DNA of 64,000 nt from Bacteroidales bacterium (GCA_017454945.1 JAFTCA010000094.1:1817-65816), one strand, 5' to 3'. Shown: positions 27,711 through 39,242, counted from the first letter of the stretch. Notes: a model not told the origin generated them from the letters alone. Translations and numbers: made by a program.

Positions 27711-30700
27711 ATGAACATCAAAGGCTTTTTGCGGACTGCAGTTGTGGCAGCATTTGCATTGTTAACCATCGTTTCTTGCCAACGCAAGGAGGTGGATGTA
27801 TCGTTTGAATATGCCCCGTACATCAGTGCCTATACGGGCGGCATCATTTCCACCAACGCGACCGTGCGCATTGAGATGACGCGCGAGCAGACAGATATAG
27901 AAGTCGGTAAGGAAGTTACTGACAAGTTATTCAGTTTTAAGCCAGCTCTCAAAGGTAAGGCTTATTGGGTTAACAACAAGGTCATTGAGTTTGTTCCCGA
28001 CTCGGGTGCGCTGAAACCCGGCACCATCTACCAATGCCGCTTCAAGTTGGGCAAGGTGGTGAAGGATGTGGAGCACAAACTCCGCCATTTCGACTTTTCC
28101 TTCCGTGTGCAGGAGCGCAGTTTCTATGCAGAAATCCTCGGCATATCAGTCACTGACGAAGCACCCGATGAAGTGATGGTTTGCGGTAAGATTTCGTTCA
28201 GCGAGCCCGTTGCCATCACCGATGTCAAGAAGATGCTTGAGGCACGCTACAACAACCGCAGTGTCGGCGTCCTTGTCAGCGCCACCGACGACCCGCTGGT
28301 CTTTGACTTTGCCTTTGCCAGCATGTCCAAAGGCGACCAGCCCAGCCAATTGCATATCACCATTGATGGCGACCCTGTCAAGATTGACCAGGAAGAAATA
28401 ATGGATGTGGATATTCCCGCCCGCGGCCTATTCGGCCTCTATTCGGCCCAATTCATCCAACAGCCCGAAAGCGGCATCCGCCTTGTATTTACCGAGCCTT
28501 TGGATGCCAATGCCAACCTGAGCGACTACCTGTCCATTAAAGAGATACCTACATTCATGGTGCAACAGGAAGACAACGTGGCCGACATCTATTTCAACAT
28601 GCCTAACAACCTGACCAGTGTGAACATCACCTTGCACGAAGGTCTGAAGAGCAGCACAGGCCATACACTGCCATCGGAGATTCTTGAGCACGTGAAGATA
28701 CAGCCCCTCTACCCAGCTGTGCGACTGCTCTCTTCGGGCACCATCCTGCCCGACGCGCAGCAGCTAATGCTCCCCTTCCAAACGGTGGCCTTACGCGCCG
28801 TCAATGTGGAAATCATCAAAATTTATGAAGATAACGTGCTGATGTTCTTGCAATCGAACACAATGAACGGCACCGACGGCCTCAAACGCGCTGGCAAGCT
28901 GGTTTACAAGAAAAAACTTCTGCTCAACGAGCGCAACGCCAAACAGTGGGCCAACTACTCCATCGACCTCTCCAAGCTCATCAAGCAAGAGCCCGGCGCC
29001 ATCTACCGCGTGGTACTCTCCTTCAACCAATCGGACGCCATCGCCCCCTTCAACGGCGAACAGAGCGAAACGGCAGTATCGAGCGAAGGTATGGTCAGCA
29101 TTCTCAATGGTCAGATCAGCGACGAGGACAAGGCCAAATGGGAATACGATGGCTGGTACAGCGAAGAGGATTACGACTGGAATGTTTACGACTGGCGCGA
29201 GCGCAACAATCCCTATCATCCTAGCTATTATATGGTTAGCGAACACAAAGCAGCCACCAACGTGCTGGCTTCCAACATAGGTTTGATTGTCAAGGCCAAC
29301 AACGACAACAACTATTGGATTGCCGCCACTAATATTGTCACTGCCAACCCGCAGTCGGGCGTACTTATCACACTGTACGACTTCCAATTGCGCCCTGTAG
29401 GCAAGGCCCTCACCGACCACAACGGCTTCGCCTTCATCACCGCCAAAGGCACACCGTTTGTGGCTGTAGGTTCCAAAGGCCGTGAGAAGAGTTACTTGCG
29501 CATTGTTGAAGGCGAGAACAACTCAGTAAGCCGCTTTGACGTCGGTGGCGACAAGCCCGTCAAAGGCATGAAAGGCTTTGTCTATGGCGAACGCGGCGTT
29601 TGGCGTCCGGGCGACACTTTGCACCTCACCTTCATCTTAGAAGATAGAGGGGAACAAATTCCTGACAACTACCCTGTCAGCCTCGAACTTTACAATCCCA
29701 ACGGACAATATGTATATAAGACCGTATCGACACACAACGAAAATGGCTTCTACACTTTCCATGTGCCCACCGCCGCCTCAGCACCCACGGGTTTCTGGAA
29801 CGCCTACATCAAGGCCGGTAGCGCCACCTTCCACAAATCGATACGCATCGAGACTATCAAGCCCAACCGCCTGAAGATAGACCTGCAACTGGAGAACGAG
29901 AAGCTGCAAGCTTCGCAAACGCCCTCCACGGCCACGCTCACAGCCGCCTGGCTATCGGGAGCCATCGCCCGCAACCTGCACGCTTCCGTCGAGATGACAC
30001 TGACCAAGGTCAACATGCAGTTCAAAGGTTTGGAAGATTACTCCTTCCGCAACCCCGCCACCAGCTTCAAGTCCTCGCAAACACCTCTTTTCGACGGGCG
30101 CCTGAACGATCAGGGTGTAGCCACCTTCCAGTTCATGACTCCTGCCTCGCAATCGCTGCCAGGCTTGCTCAACGCCCAATTCACCTGCCGCGTATTCGAA
30201 ACTGGCGGTGACATCAGCATCTACAGCAAGACCGTGCCCGTTTCGCCCTTCCCGCGCTATGTGGGTGTGGACCTGAAAAATACGGAAACAGCGATCAACG
30301 TGGCCACTGTCAACAGCGATGGCAAACTGGTCAATGTCAACGGTTTGGAATACAAGATTTACAAAACCAACTGGAACTGGTGGTGGGAGAATGATGAAAG
30401 CGACTACAGCTCCTACATCAACAACACCTCCATAGAGCCCATCGCCACCGGCACTATCAACACACGCCAAGGCAAAGCCACCATTCCTGTAGGACAACTC
30501 AAGATTGAAGCCGGACAATACCTCATCTTTGTTAAAGATCCTGCGGGCGGCCATGCTGCTGGCGGCGTAGCTTGGATTGGCTATGGCGAAGAAGAGAACA
30601 GCGACAACCCGTCGGGAATCAAGATGCTGTCATTCTTCACCGACAAAGAAGAGTATGAAGCTGGCGAAACCGCCGAAATCACCATTCCCGGAGCCACGAC

Positions 30701-33233
30701 CGGCAAGGCACTCATCTCGGTTGAGAACGGCAGTCGCGTGCTACACCGCGAATGGGTTTCGATAAAAGAGAAAACTGGCAAGTACCATCTTAAGATCACC
30801 GAGGAGATGGCTCCCAACGCCTACTTGCACATCACCCTATTGCAACCCCATTCGCAGACCGTCAACGACCTGCCCATCCGAATGTACGGTGTTAAGCCCA
30901 TCTTCGTAACCAACAAGAAATCAATACTTAATCCCATCATCACGACCCCCAGCACAGTTCGTCCCGAGGCCAAGTTTGCCGTTAAGGTGAAAGAAAAGAA
31001 CGGACAGCCCATGACCTACACCTTGGCCATTGTGGATGACGGTCTCTTGGACCTCACCAACTTCAAGACCCCGCAGCCGTGGGATTATTTCTACGCCCGT
31101 GAAGCCCTGGGCATCCGCACTTGGGACATGTTCGACTATGTAATCGGCTCGTTTGCAGGAAAATACGGTTCACTCTTCAGCATTGGCGGCGACCAGCAGC
31201 TCAACGAAGCCAAGAACCGCACCAACCGCTTCAAGCCGGTAGTTAAGTTCCTCGGACCCTTCACTTTGAAGAAAGGCGAAGAGAAGAGTCACAACATCCA
31301 ACTGCCGCCCTACATAGGCTCTGTACGTGTGATGGTTGTAGCCGGCAACAACGGCAGCTACGGCAATGCCGAAAAGAACATTGAGGTGAAAGCCCCGCTG
31401 ATGGTACTATCGTCCCTGCCGCGCGTAATCAGCACCCGTGAAGAGATTGACCTGCCCGTCAATGTGTTCGCTATGGAGAAGAGTGTCAAGAACGCCACCG
31501 TCACGGTATCCACGACGGGCAAACTCACCATTGACGGCGCCAAGAGCAAGTCAGTAACCTTCCAACAACCTGGCGACAAGATGGTTTACTTCAAACTGCG
31601 CTCTTCTGCCATAACAGGCAACGAAACCATTACCATCACAGCTTCTGGCAACGGCAACAACGCTAAAGAGGTGGTTCACATCGAAATCCGCAATCCTAAC
31701 CCGCCAGTTACGCATAGCGAAACGCGCCTGATTAGCGCAGACCAGCAAGTTGAGATACCCTACAACTTCGGCGAAGGCTCAACCAACCGCTGGCTCAAGA
31801 TGGAAGCCTCAACCATCCCCTCGGCAGACATCAGCCGCCGTCTGGCATTCCTCTACAACTACAACCATCGTTGCACCGAGCAAATCACGTCGGTAGCCTA
31901 CCCGCTCCTTTATGCCGACAACCTCAAGGAGTTGAGCAAAGCAGAGAAAGAGTTGAACAGCCAGAACATCAAGAACGCCATCTCATCGCTCTACGGGCGA
32001 CAACTAACCAATGGCGGCTTCGTTTACTGGGACGGCATGCGCAGCGCCCACGAATGGCTCACCTCTTATGTGGGTTGCTTCCTGGTTACTGCCAAAGAGA
32101 AGGGCTATGACGTCCATGCCACCGTCCTCAACAAGTGGAAGACCTACCAGAAGCAGCAGGCTCAGACCTGGCGCACAACACAAAAGAACGCCAACAGACG
32201 TTACTCCTACTATCAGTCGGATCTGGAGCAAGCCTACAGACTCTACTCGTTGGCCTTGGCCAATGCTCCTGAGTACGGAGCCATGAACCGACTCAAGGAA
32301 TACAAGGAGTTGTCGGTACAGGCAAGATGGTGTCTGGCAGCGGCTTACGCCCTCTGCGGCAAGCAACAGGTAGCCCAAGCGCTGGTTAACCGCCAACCGA
32401 CCACTGTCGCCAACTACAACGCCAGCAACACCACTTTCGGTTCGTCACTCCGCGACGAAGCCATGATTTTGGACGCCCTGTTGGCCCTCAACAACGACAA
32501 AGCCGCTTTCGAACAGGCACGACGTATATCGACCAAACTGCAGAACGAGAACTACTTTGAGACGCAATCCACCGCCTTTGCCCTCGTAGCCATGGGCAAG
32601 ATGGCCGCCAAGAGCAGCAACGGCTTGCAGTTCACATGGACGCAACAAGGTCAAAGTCATGAGGTTAAGTCGGCCAAGAATATGTTCCAGGAGACCTTGT
32701 CAGCCAAAGCCACCAAAGGCACTGTCACCGTCAAGAACAAAGGCAATGGTGCTCTGTATGTGGTTCTTACCTCACAATACCTGCCCGACGAAGACCTGAC
32801 ACCCGCCACCAACCGCAACATCAAACTGGAAGTAACTTACAACCACACAGGCGGTTCTGGCACTACTATTCCGCAGGTACAGAAAGGCACCGACCTGACT
32901 GCCGTCATCAAAGTCACCAACCTCAGTCCCTCCACCGACTATACCGATGTGGCACTCACCCACATCATCCCGTCGGGTTGGGAAATCTACAACGAACGAC
33001 TCTTCAGCGACAATACGACCAGTACGAACGACCAGTTCATGCATCAGGACATCCGCGACGACCGCATACTCACCTACTTCGACCTGCCACGCAACACCAC
33101 GCGCACCTTCCGTGTACGCCTGCAAGCAGCTTATGGTGGCGACTTTGTGCTGCCCGCCATCCTTTGCGAGCCCATGTACAATCTGGATGCTTACGCCCGC
33201 ACAGCCGCTGGCAGAGTTAAAGTAATTGACTAA
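27711..33233 (+). CDS. Bacterial alpha-2-macroglobulin (lipoprotein)
   Basis: Lipobox VSC; ERGVWRPGD, LAIVDDGLLDLT, RVMVVA, thioester motif CTEQ, DIRDDR; adjacent to pbpC. Confidence 0.95.
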   Translation: MNIKGFLRTAVVAAFALLTIVSCQRKEVDVSFEYAPYISAYTGGIISTNATVRIEMTREQTDIEVGKEVTDKLFSFKPALKGKAYWVNNKVIEFVPDSGALKPGTIYQCRFKLGKVVKDVEHKLRHFDFSFRVQERSFYAEILGISVTDEAPDEVMVCGKISFSEPVAITDVKKMLEARYNNRSVGVLVSATDDPLVFDFAFASMSKGDQPSQLHITIDGDPVKIDQEEIMDVDIPARGLFGLYSAQFIQQPESGIRLVFTEPLDANANLSDYLSIKEIPTFMVQQEDNVADIYFNMPNNLTSVNITLHEGLKSSTGHTLPSEILEHVKIQPLYPAVRLLSSGTILPDAQQLMLPFQTVALRAVNVEIIKIYEDNVLMFLQSNTMNGTDGLKRAGKLVYKKKLLLNERNAKQWANYSIDLSKLIKQEPGAIYRVVLSFNQSDAIAPFNGEQSETAVSSEGMVSILNGQISDEDKAKWEYDGWYSEEDYDWNVYDWRERNNPYHPSYYMVSEHKAATNVLASNIGLIVKANNDNNYWIAATNIVTANPQSGVLITLYDFQLRPVGKALTDHNGFAFITAKGTPFVAVGSKGREKSYLRIVEGENNSVSRFDVGGDKPVKGMKGFVYGERGVWRPGDTLHLTFILEDRGEQIPDNYPVSLELYNPNGQYVYKTVSTHNENGFYTFHVPTAASAPTGFWNAYIKAGSATFHKSIRIETIKPNRLKIDLQLENEKLQASQTPSTATLTAAWLSGAIARNLHASVEMTLTKVNMQFKGLEDYSFRNPATSFKSSQTPLFDGRLNDQGVATFQFMTPASQSLPGLLNAQFTCRVFETGGDISIYSKTVPVSPFPRYVGVDLKNTETAINVATVNSDGKLVNVNGLEYKIYKTNWNWWWENDESDYSSYINNTSIEPIATGTINTRQGKATIPVGQLKIEAGQYLIFVKDPAGGHAAGGVAWIGYGEEENSDNPSGIKMLSFFTDKEEYEAGETAEITIPGATTGKALISVENGSRVLHREWVSIKEKTGKYHLKITEEMAPNAYLHITLLQPHSQTVNDLPIRMYGVKPIFVTNKKSILNPIITTPSTVRPEAKFAVKVKEKNGQPMTYTLAIVDDGLLDLTNFKTPQPWDYFYAREALGIRTWDMFDYVIGSFAGKYGSLFSIGGDQQLNEAKNRTNRFKPVVKFLGPFTLKKGEEKSHNIQLPPYIGSVRVMVVAGNNGSYGNAEKNIEVKAPLMVLSSLPRVISTREEIDLPVNVFAMEKSVKNATVTVSTTGKLTIDGAKSKSVTFQQPGDKMVYFKLRSSAITGNETITITASGNGNNAKEVVHIEIRNPNPPVTHSETRLISADQQVEIPYNFGEGSTNRWLKMEASTIPSADISRRLAFLYNYNHRCTEQITSVAYPLLYADNLKELSKAEKELNSQNIKNAISSLYGRQLTNGGFVYWDGMRSAHEWLTSYVGCFLVTAKEKGYDVHATVLNKWKTYQKQQAQTWRTTQKNANRRYSYYQSDLEQAYRLYSLALANAPEYGAMNRLKEYKELSVQARWCLAAAYALCGKQQVAQALVNRQPTTVANYNASNTTFGSSLRDEAMILDALLALNNDKAAFEQARRISTKLQNENYFETQSTAFALVAMGKMAAKSSNGLQFTWTQQGQSHEVKSAKNMFQETLSAKATKGTVTVKNKGNGALYVVLTSQYLPDEDLTPATNRNIKLEVTYNHTGGSGTTIPQVQKGTDLTAVIKVTNLSPSTDYTDVALTHIIPSGWEIYNERLFSDNTTSTNDQFMHQDIRDDRILTYFDLPRNTTRTFRVRLQAAYGGDFVLPAILCEPMYNLDAYARTAAGRVKVID

Positions 33234-35556
33234 TGAACGTATGAATGTCAGCCGACGCTGCAATCTTCTAAAAGCCAGACTGAAATCAGTCTGGCTTTGG
33301 CTATCCAGCTGGTCATGGCCACGCCGAATAGCCTTTGTTGCCTTGTGTCTGCTGCTATTGGGCTATCTTTTCCTACTGCCGCGACATCTGTTCAAGGTGC
33401 CCTACAGCACTGTGGTCCACGACCGCCATAACGAGTTGTTAGGTGCTCGTTTGGCCAGCGACGGGCAGTGGCGTTTCCCCGCCGCCGACACGGTACCCTA
33501 CAAATTCAAGGCCTGCCTCATTCAGTTCGAAGACCGCTACTTCTATTTCCATCACGGAGTCAACCCGATTGCCGTAGCCAGAGCATTGTATCAAAATGTC
33601 TCTCAGCGACATATCGTCAGCGGTGCCAGCACCATCACCATGCAGACCATCCGCATTGCCCGCAACAAAAGTCGCACCTGGCACGAGAAAATCATCGAGA
33701 TGCTTTGGGCCAGTCGGCTGGAGCACCGCTATGGCAAAGAGCAGATTCTGGCACTTTACGCCTCACATGCCCCGTTTGGCGGCAATGTAGTCGGCATTGA
33801 AGCCGCCTCGCAACGCTACTTTGGCCACGCCTCCACTGAGCTGTCGTGGGCCGAAGCCGCCACCCTCGCCATTCTGCCCAACGCCCCGGCCATGATTCAC
33901 CCAGGCAAGAACCGTGCACGCCTGCTATCCAAGCGAAACAGACTATTAACATCCTTACACAAAAACGGTTATATCGAAAAAGAGGACTATCTCCTTGCCC
34001 TTGATGAAGATTTGCCCGAAAGCACCTTTGCCTTCCCCTCGTTAGCGCCTCATCTGGTCAACCGCTACTTTATCAAGCGCAAGGGCGAACAGATAACCAC
34101 CACCATCGACCGCCAGCTGCAGCAGCAGGTGGAAGAGGTGCTCCGCCAACACAACCAGGATTTCCGTCAGCAGGACATCAACAACTTGGCCGCCATCGTC
34201 ATCGATGTGGCCACCAACGAGGTGGTGGCCTACTGCGGCAATGTCACCGACCGCCAACAGACGCACGGCAACCAAGTGGACATCATCAGGGCGCGACGGA
34301 GCACGGGCAGCATTCTCAAGCCCCTACTCTACTGCGCCGCCATGCAAGACGGCGTCATCCTGCCCAACACGCTGCTGGCCGACATTCCCATCAACATTAA
34401 CGGCTTCATACCCCAAAATTTCGACCTCAACTATGACGGCGCCGTGCCCGCATCGGATGCGCTACGCCGTTCGCTCAACATCCCGTTTGTCATGCTGCTC
34501 AAGCAGTACAGCGTGCCCAAGTTCTACCGCTTCCTGAAAAATGCGGGTATCACCACCCTCGACCGCCCCGCCGATGACTACGGCCTGTCGCTCATCTTGG
34601 GCGGTGCCGAGGCATCGCTATGGGACGTGTCGGCCATCTACTGCGATATGGCACGCACCTTGCTCAAGCTGCCACTTACCCAGCTTACCACCGACCAGCA
34701 GAGGGACAAACGCCAAGGCAAGAATGTCTTCACCACTGGCGGCGTATGGCTTACCTTCAACATACTGAAAGAGTTGAACCGCCCCGGTGAGATCGACTGG
34801 CACGCCATCCCGTCCATCCAAAATGTGGCATGGAAGACAGGCACCAGCTATGGTTTCCGCGATGCGTGGGCCGTTGGAGCCACCTCGCGCTATGTGGTCG
34901 GCGTGTGGGTAGGCAATGCGTCGGGCGAAGGCAAACCCGGACTTATCGGAGCACAGACGGCGGGCCCCGTTATGTTCGACATCTTCAATCTGCTACCACA
35001 GAGCCGCTGGTTTGCCCGTCCACAGGGCGAGTTGGTGCAGGCCACCGTCTGCCACCAGTCGGGACACCTTCGCGGGCGCTACTGCGACGATGTGGACACG
35101 CTCTGGATTTGCAGCAATGGCCAGCGAACGACCACCTGCCCCTACCACACACTCACACTGAACGATCAAGGCGACCAGACGTTGGTTTCGGAGCACAGCT
35201 TTGTGCTGCCCGCCGCATGGGCATGGTACTACAAGCAGAAGCACCCCGACTACCAAGAGAGTTCGCTGTCGGCCTTTGGCGCTGACGACGACCGCGTGAT
35301 GCAGTTCATCTATCCTGCTCACAAAGTCACCCACCTCACGCTGCCCAAGCAGATTGACGGCGCTCAGGGCGAAGTCACCTTCGAACTAGTGCACGCATCA
35401 CCCCACACAGCCGTATTCTGGCACATCGATAATGAGTACAAAACCGCCACGCGCGACTTCCACAAATACACCACCGCCCTATCCAAAGGCAAGCACAACA
35501 TCACCGTCGTGGACGAAAACGGCAACAACCTAACGATTTGGGTGATAGCGGAGTAA
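33226..35556 (+). CDS. pbpC: Penicillin-binding protein 1C
   Basis: EDRYF..HHGVNP, GASTITMQ, STGSILKP, SLNIP, AWKTGTSYGFRDAW; start may be ATG 33241. Confidence 0.95.
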   Translation: MTNERMNVSRRCNLLKARLKSVWLWLSSWSWPRRIAFVALCLLLLGYLFLLPRHLFKVPYSTVVHDRHNELLGARLASDGQWRFPAADTVPYKFKACLIQFEDRYFYFHHGVNPIAVARALYQNVSQRHIVSGASTITMQTIRIARNKSRTWHEKIIEMLWASRLEHRYGKEQILALYASHAPFGGNVVGIEAASQRYFGHASTELSWAEAATLAILPNAPAMIHPGKNRARLLSKRNRLLTSLHKNGYIEKEDYLLALDEDLPESTFAFPSLAPHLVNRYFIKRKGEQITTTIDRQLQQQVEEVLRQHNQDFRQQDINNLAAIVIDVATNEVVAYCGNVTDRQQTHGNQVDIIRARRSTGSILKPLLYCAAMQDGVILPNTLLADIPININGFIPQNFDLNYDGAVPASDALRRSLNIPFVMLLKQYSVPKFYRFLKNAGITTLDRPADDYGLSLILGGAEASLWDVSAIYCDMARTLLKLPLTQLTTDQQRDKRQGKNVFTTGGVWLTFNILKELNRPGEIDWHAIPSIQNVAWKTGTSYGFRDAWAVGATSRYVVGVWVGNASGEGKPGLIGAQTAGPVMFDIFNLLPQSRWFARPQGELVQATVCHQSGHLRGRYCDDVDTLWICSNGQRTTTCPYHTLTLNDQGDQTLVSEHSFVLPAAWAWYYKQKHPDYQESSLSAFGADDDRVMQFIYPAHKVTHLTLPKQIDGAQGEVTFELVHASPHTAVFWHIDNEYKTATRDFHKYTTALSKGKHNITVVDENGNNLTIWVIAE

Positions 35557-35591
35557 TTTTTCCGTATCTTTGCCCTTTCAAAAATGGAATT

Positions 35592-37193
35592 ATGAAAAAG
35601 ATCTTATTACTCCCCCTTATTTTATTGTCAATCAATTTATTTGCACAAAATAACAACTCTTTCATTTGGGAAGAAGACGGCCTCGAGTGTACCACTATCA
35701 CGGCGGGCAAGCTAGCCACCGTGGATGGCAGCGTCATCACCTCGCATAGCGACGACAGTCACCGCGGACGCACCAACATCTGGGTGGAACCTGCCGCCGA
35801 CCACGCCAAGGGCGAGATGCAGAAGATGCACATCCGCTTGTGGGACAAAGACGTGCCTGGCAAAATGCAACGCTACAAACTGGTGGAAGTGGGCGAAATA
35901 CCGCAAGTGGCCCACACCTTCCAGTTCCTCAACACCGCCTACCCGTGTCTGAATGAGAAGCAGCTGGCCATTGGCGAATCGACCATCGGCGGCCACCCCG
36001 AACTCAAGTCCGACTCGGGCATGATTGAGTGCCAACGCCTCTGCATGCTCATCCTGCAACGCTGCTCCACCGCCCGCCAGGCCATCCGCATGACCGACGA
36101 AGTGCTGAAGAAGTACGGCTGGCGCGACGCTGGCGAAGTGCTAACCATTGCCGACAAGAACGAAGTGTGGCATCTGGAAATCTACGGTCCCGGCAAAGGC
36201 CGCGTAGGCGCTTTGTGGGTTGCCCAACGTGTGCCCGATGACCATATCGCCGTCAATGCCAATGCCTCGACCATCCACGAGATAGACCTCAAGAACAAGG
36301 ACTATTTCATGGCCTCCGACAACATCTACTCGCTGGCTGAAGAGTTTGGTTGGTACGATCGCAAGAAAGACAAGAAGTTCGACTTTGCCTACGTATATGC
36401 GCCCGAGAGCCGCACCAAGATTGCCTGCCGCCGCCGCGAGTGGCGCGTGTTCGACCTGCTGGCTCCGTCGCTCAAGCTGGACCCCAACAGCGAGAACTAC
36501 CCCTTCTCGGTCAAGCCAGACACCTTAGTATCTGTAGCTGACTTGGTTAGAGTCTTCAAGGATTACTACGAAGGCACCGAATACGACATGCGCAAAAACA
36601 TCACCGTCACCGACAAGGAGGGCAAGACCGTCATTTCGCCGATGGCCAACCCCTTCATGAAAGGTGACGAACTGCGCATGCACAAAGTTAACGGCGGCTG
36701 GAATGCCCTTGGCGAACGCTCTATCGCCGTCCATTTTACCGTCTATGCCACCATCATCCAGTGCCGCGCCAACATGCCCGACGAAGTGGGCGCCCTCTGC
36801 TGGTTTGCCCTCGACAATGTGGCCTCTTCCATCTATGTGCCCATCTATGGCAATGCTACCGACCTGCCCGAGACCTACAAGACCGACGGCCGCGAAACTG
36901 GATTCAGCAAAGACGCCGCCTGGTGGGCCTTCAACCGTCTCGGCAACCTCACCTGCCAACGCTGGGGCGACTTCCACAAAGTGGTTGACAAAGTGTGGAA
37001 CCCTATGCAACAAGAGTTTTTCGACAAACAAAAAGATATTGAAAAACAAGCCCTTGAATTACTCAAGAGCGGCGACCGCAAAGGTGCCATCCAAATCCTC
37101 ACCGACTTCACCAACGACTGCGGCAACCGCGCCGTTGACAAAGCATGGGAAACAGGAGATATGATTTGGACTAAATTTGACGGATGGTGGTAG
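35592..37193 (+). CDS. C69 family dipeptidase (secernin-like), exported
   Basis: Signal peptide MKKILLL; CTTITAGK.ATVDGS, NEKQLAIGEST, AQRVPDD; TATCTTTG box at 35565-35572. Confidence 0.88.
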   Translation: MKKILLLPLILLSINLFAQNNNSFIWEEDGLECTTITAGKLATVDGSVITSHSDDSHRGRTNIWVEPAADHAKGEMQKMHIRLWDKDVPGKMQRYKLVEVGEIPQVAHTFQFLNTAYPCLNEKQLAIGESTIGGHPELKSDSGMIECQRLCMLILQRCSTARQAIRMTDEVLKKYGWRDAGEVLTIADKNEVWHLEIYGPGKGRVGALWVAQRVPDDHIAVNANASTIHEIDLKNKDYFMASDNIYSLAEEFGWYDRKKDKKFDFAYVYAPESRTKIACRRREWRVFDLLAPSLKLDPNSENYPFSVKPDTLVSVADLVRVFKDYYEGTEYDMRKNITVTDKEGKTVISPMANPFMKGDELRMHKVNGGWNALGERSIAVHFTVYATIIQCRANMPDEVGALCWFALDNVASSIYVPIYGNATDLPETYKTDGRETGFSKDAAWWAFNRLGNLTCQRWGDFHKVVDKVWNPMQQEFFDKQKDIEKQALELLKSGDRKGAIQILTDFTNDCGNRAVDKAWETGDMIWTKFDGWW

Positions 37194-37203
37194 AAAGCGC
37201 TTA

Positions 37204-39114
37204 TTAGCTGTTCATTACGACTAAGAACTCTTCATTGCTCTTGGTCTGTTCCATCTTTTCCTTGATGAAGGTCATGGCCTCGATGGTAGTCATGTCGGCC
37301 AGATGGTTGCGCAAAATCCATACTTTCTGAAGTACTTGCGGATCTTGCAACAGGTCGTCGCGACGCGTGCTGGAAGCCACAATGTCAACAGCGGGGTAGA
37401 TACGCTTGTTGGAGAGACGGCGGTCAAGCTGCAACTCCATATTACCAGTACCTTTAAATTCCTCAAAGATAACCTCATCCATACGTGAGCCCGTGTCAAT
37501 CAAGGCGGTGGAGATGATGGTCAGCGAGCCTCCGTTTTCAATATTACGGGCCGCACCGAAGAAACGTTTGGGCTTCTGCAGAGCATTGGCTTCCACACCA
37601 CCCGACAGCACCTTACCCGACGCAGGGCAAACGGTATTGAAGGCGCGCGCCAGACGGGTGATAGAGTCTAACAAGATGCACACATCGTGACCGCACTCAA
37701 CCATGCGCTTGGCCTTTTCAAGTACAATGTTGGCAATCTTCACGTGACGCTCGGCAGGCTCGTCGAAGGTGGAGGAGATAACCTCAGCCTTGACACTACG
37801 CTGCATGTCGGTCACCTCTTCGGGACGCTCGTCAATCAAGAGGATAATCAGATATATCTCGGGATGGTTGGCCGAAATGGCGTTGGCAACCTCTTTCAGC
37901 AGAACGGTTTTACCTGTCTTGGGCTGAGCCACAATCAGACCGCGCTGACCCTTGCCAATAGGAGCAAACAGGTCGATAACACGCGTGCACACATTGTCGC
38001 CCGAATGGCCCGTCAGACGGATTTTCTGGTTGGGGAACATCGGCACCAGATAGTCAAATGGGATACGGTCGCGAATTTCCTCGGGGTCGCAGCCATTGAT
38101 TTTCTCCACTTTAGTCAGCGGGAAGAACTTGTCGCCTTTCTTGGGCGGACGAATCGGGCCACGCACCGTGTCACCATTCTTCAAACCGTATGTTTTTATC
38201 TGATTTAAAGAAACATACACATCGTCGGGAGAAGGCAGATAGTTGTAATCCGAAGACCTGAGGAAGCCGCAATTGTCATGAATCTCCAGCACACCCTCCG
38301 CCATAACATTACCTTCAAATTCGGCGTTGGCAATCAGATTCCACTGCTCATCAACATTCTGTGCATTGTTGTTCTTATTTCCTTTTCCGTGATGGTCATT
38401 TTTCTTAGGTTGCGCCTCCGTCGTCGAAGGAGTCTCTGCCACAGCAGCCTCCGTTTCAGTCTCATTTTCAACAACTTCATCGTCATCTTCTTCCGACTCA
38501 TCATCGTCGGCGACATCTTCCACGGGAGCCTCTGCGCGCTCAAGCATCACCGCCATATCTTCTTGCAACTGCGTGCTTTTCTGGTCGGGTTGCGTAAAGA
38601 CGAAATCATCCAATAACATCTCCCTAATATCGGAATTCTCAATCTCATCAGCCGGTTTTGACAGTTTTCTACCACGCTTTTTCGTTTTCTTTTCAGTGTC
38701 TTGTGCAGATTTTTGGAATTCGGCATCACAAATATCATCACTCAAAACGGCAGGAATAACCATACTGGGCGCTGCTTGGGGAATATTCTCAGACGCACTG
38801 AACAAAGTAACCTCTTCCGGCTGGCTTTGTGATTTTTTAACACTTGAATTTTTGGAACTGCGACGACCACGTTTGGGTTTGGCCATTTCCTTCGGAGCAT
38901 CAGTCGGCTCATTTTCAATCATTTGAGCTTCTTCTACAACTACTTGAGCAGTTTCGACGGCCTCTTTAGCTTCCTTTTCTCGCATGGCTTTTCGACTGGC
39001 TTTTTCACTGCCAGGTACAATGCCATCGCTGATTTTCTTCTCATTGGAAGTGGCTATAGGAGTAGCCATGGAGATTCTTCTCCTCTTTGGTTTATTTTCC
39101 TGTGATTCAAGCAT
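37204..39114 (-). CDS. rho: Transcription termination factor Rho with long N-terminal low-complexity extension
   Basis: [47 protein letters not shown]; -7 box TATTTTTG at 39206-39213. Confidence 0.97.
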   Translation of the reverse strand: MLESQENKPKRRRISMATPIATSNEKKISDGIVPGSEKASRKAMREKEAKEAVETAQVVVEEAQMIENEPTDAPKEMAKPKRGRRSSKNSSVKKSQSQPEEVTLFSASENIPQAAPSMVIPAVLSDDICDAEFQKSAQDTEKKTKKRGRKLSKPADEIENSDIREMLLDDFVFTQPDQKSTQLQEDMAVMLERAEAPVEDVADDDESEEDDDEVVENETETEAAVAETPSTTEAQPKKNDHHGKGNKNNNAQNVDEQWNLIANAEFEGNVMAEGVLEIHDNCGFLRSSDYNYLPSPDDVYVSLNQIKTYGLKNGDTVRGPIRPPKKGDKFFPLTKVEKINGCDPEEIRDRIPFDYLVPMFPNQKIRLTGHSGDNVCTRVIDLFAPIGKGQRGLIVAQPKTGKTVLLKEVANAISANHPEIYLIILLIDERPEEVTDMQRSVKAEVISSTFDEPAERHVKIANIVLEKAKRMVECGHDVCILLDSITRLARAFNTVCPASGKVLSGGVEANALQKPKRFFGAARNIENGGSLTIISTALIDTGSRMDEVIFEEFKGTGNMELQLDRRLSNKRIYPAVDIVASSTRRDDLLQDPQVLQKVWILRNHLADMTTIEAMTFIKEKMEQTKSNEEFLVVMNS

Positions 39115-39242
39115 ATAAAATGGATTTATTAATCTTACTAAAAGTCAAAAAAATAAAAAATGTGGGGGAAAATAAAGTTCAAAGAATAGCTGAACTTTGG
39201 TGCAGCAAAAATACGATTTTTTTATTATCCAACAAAAAAATT

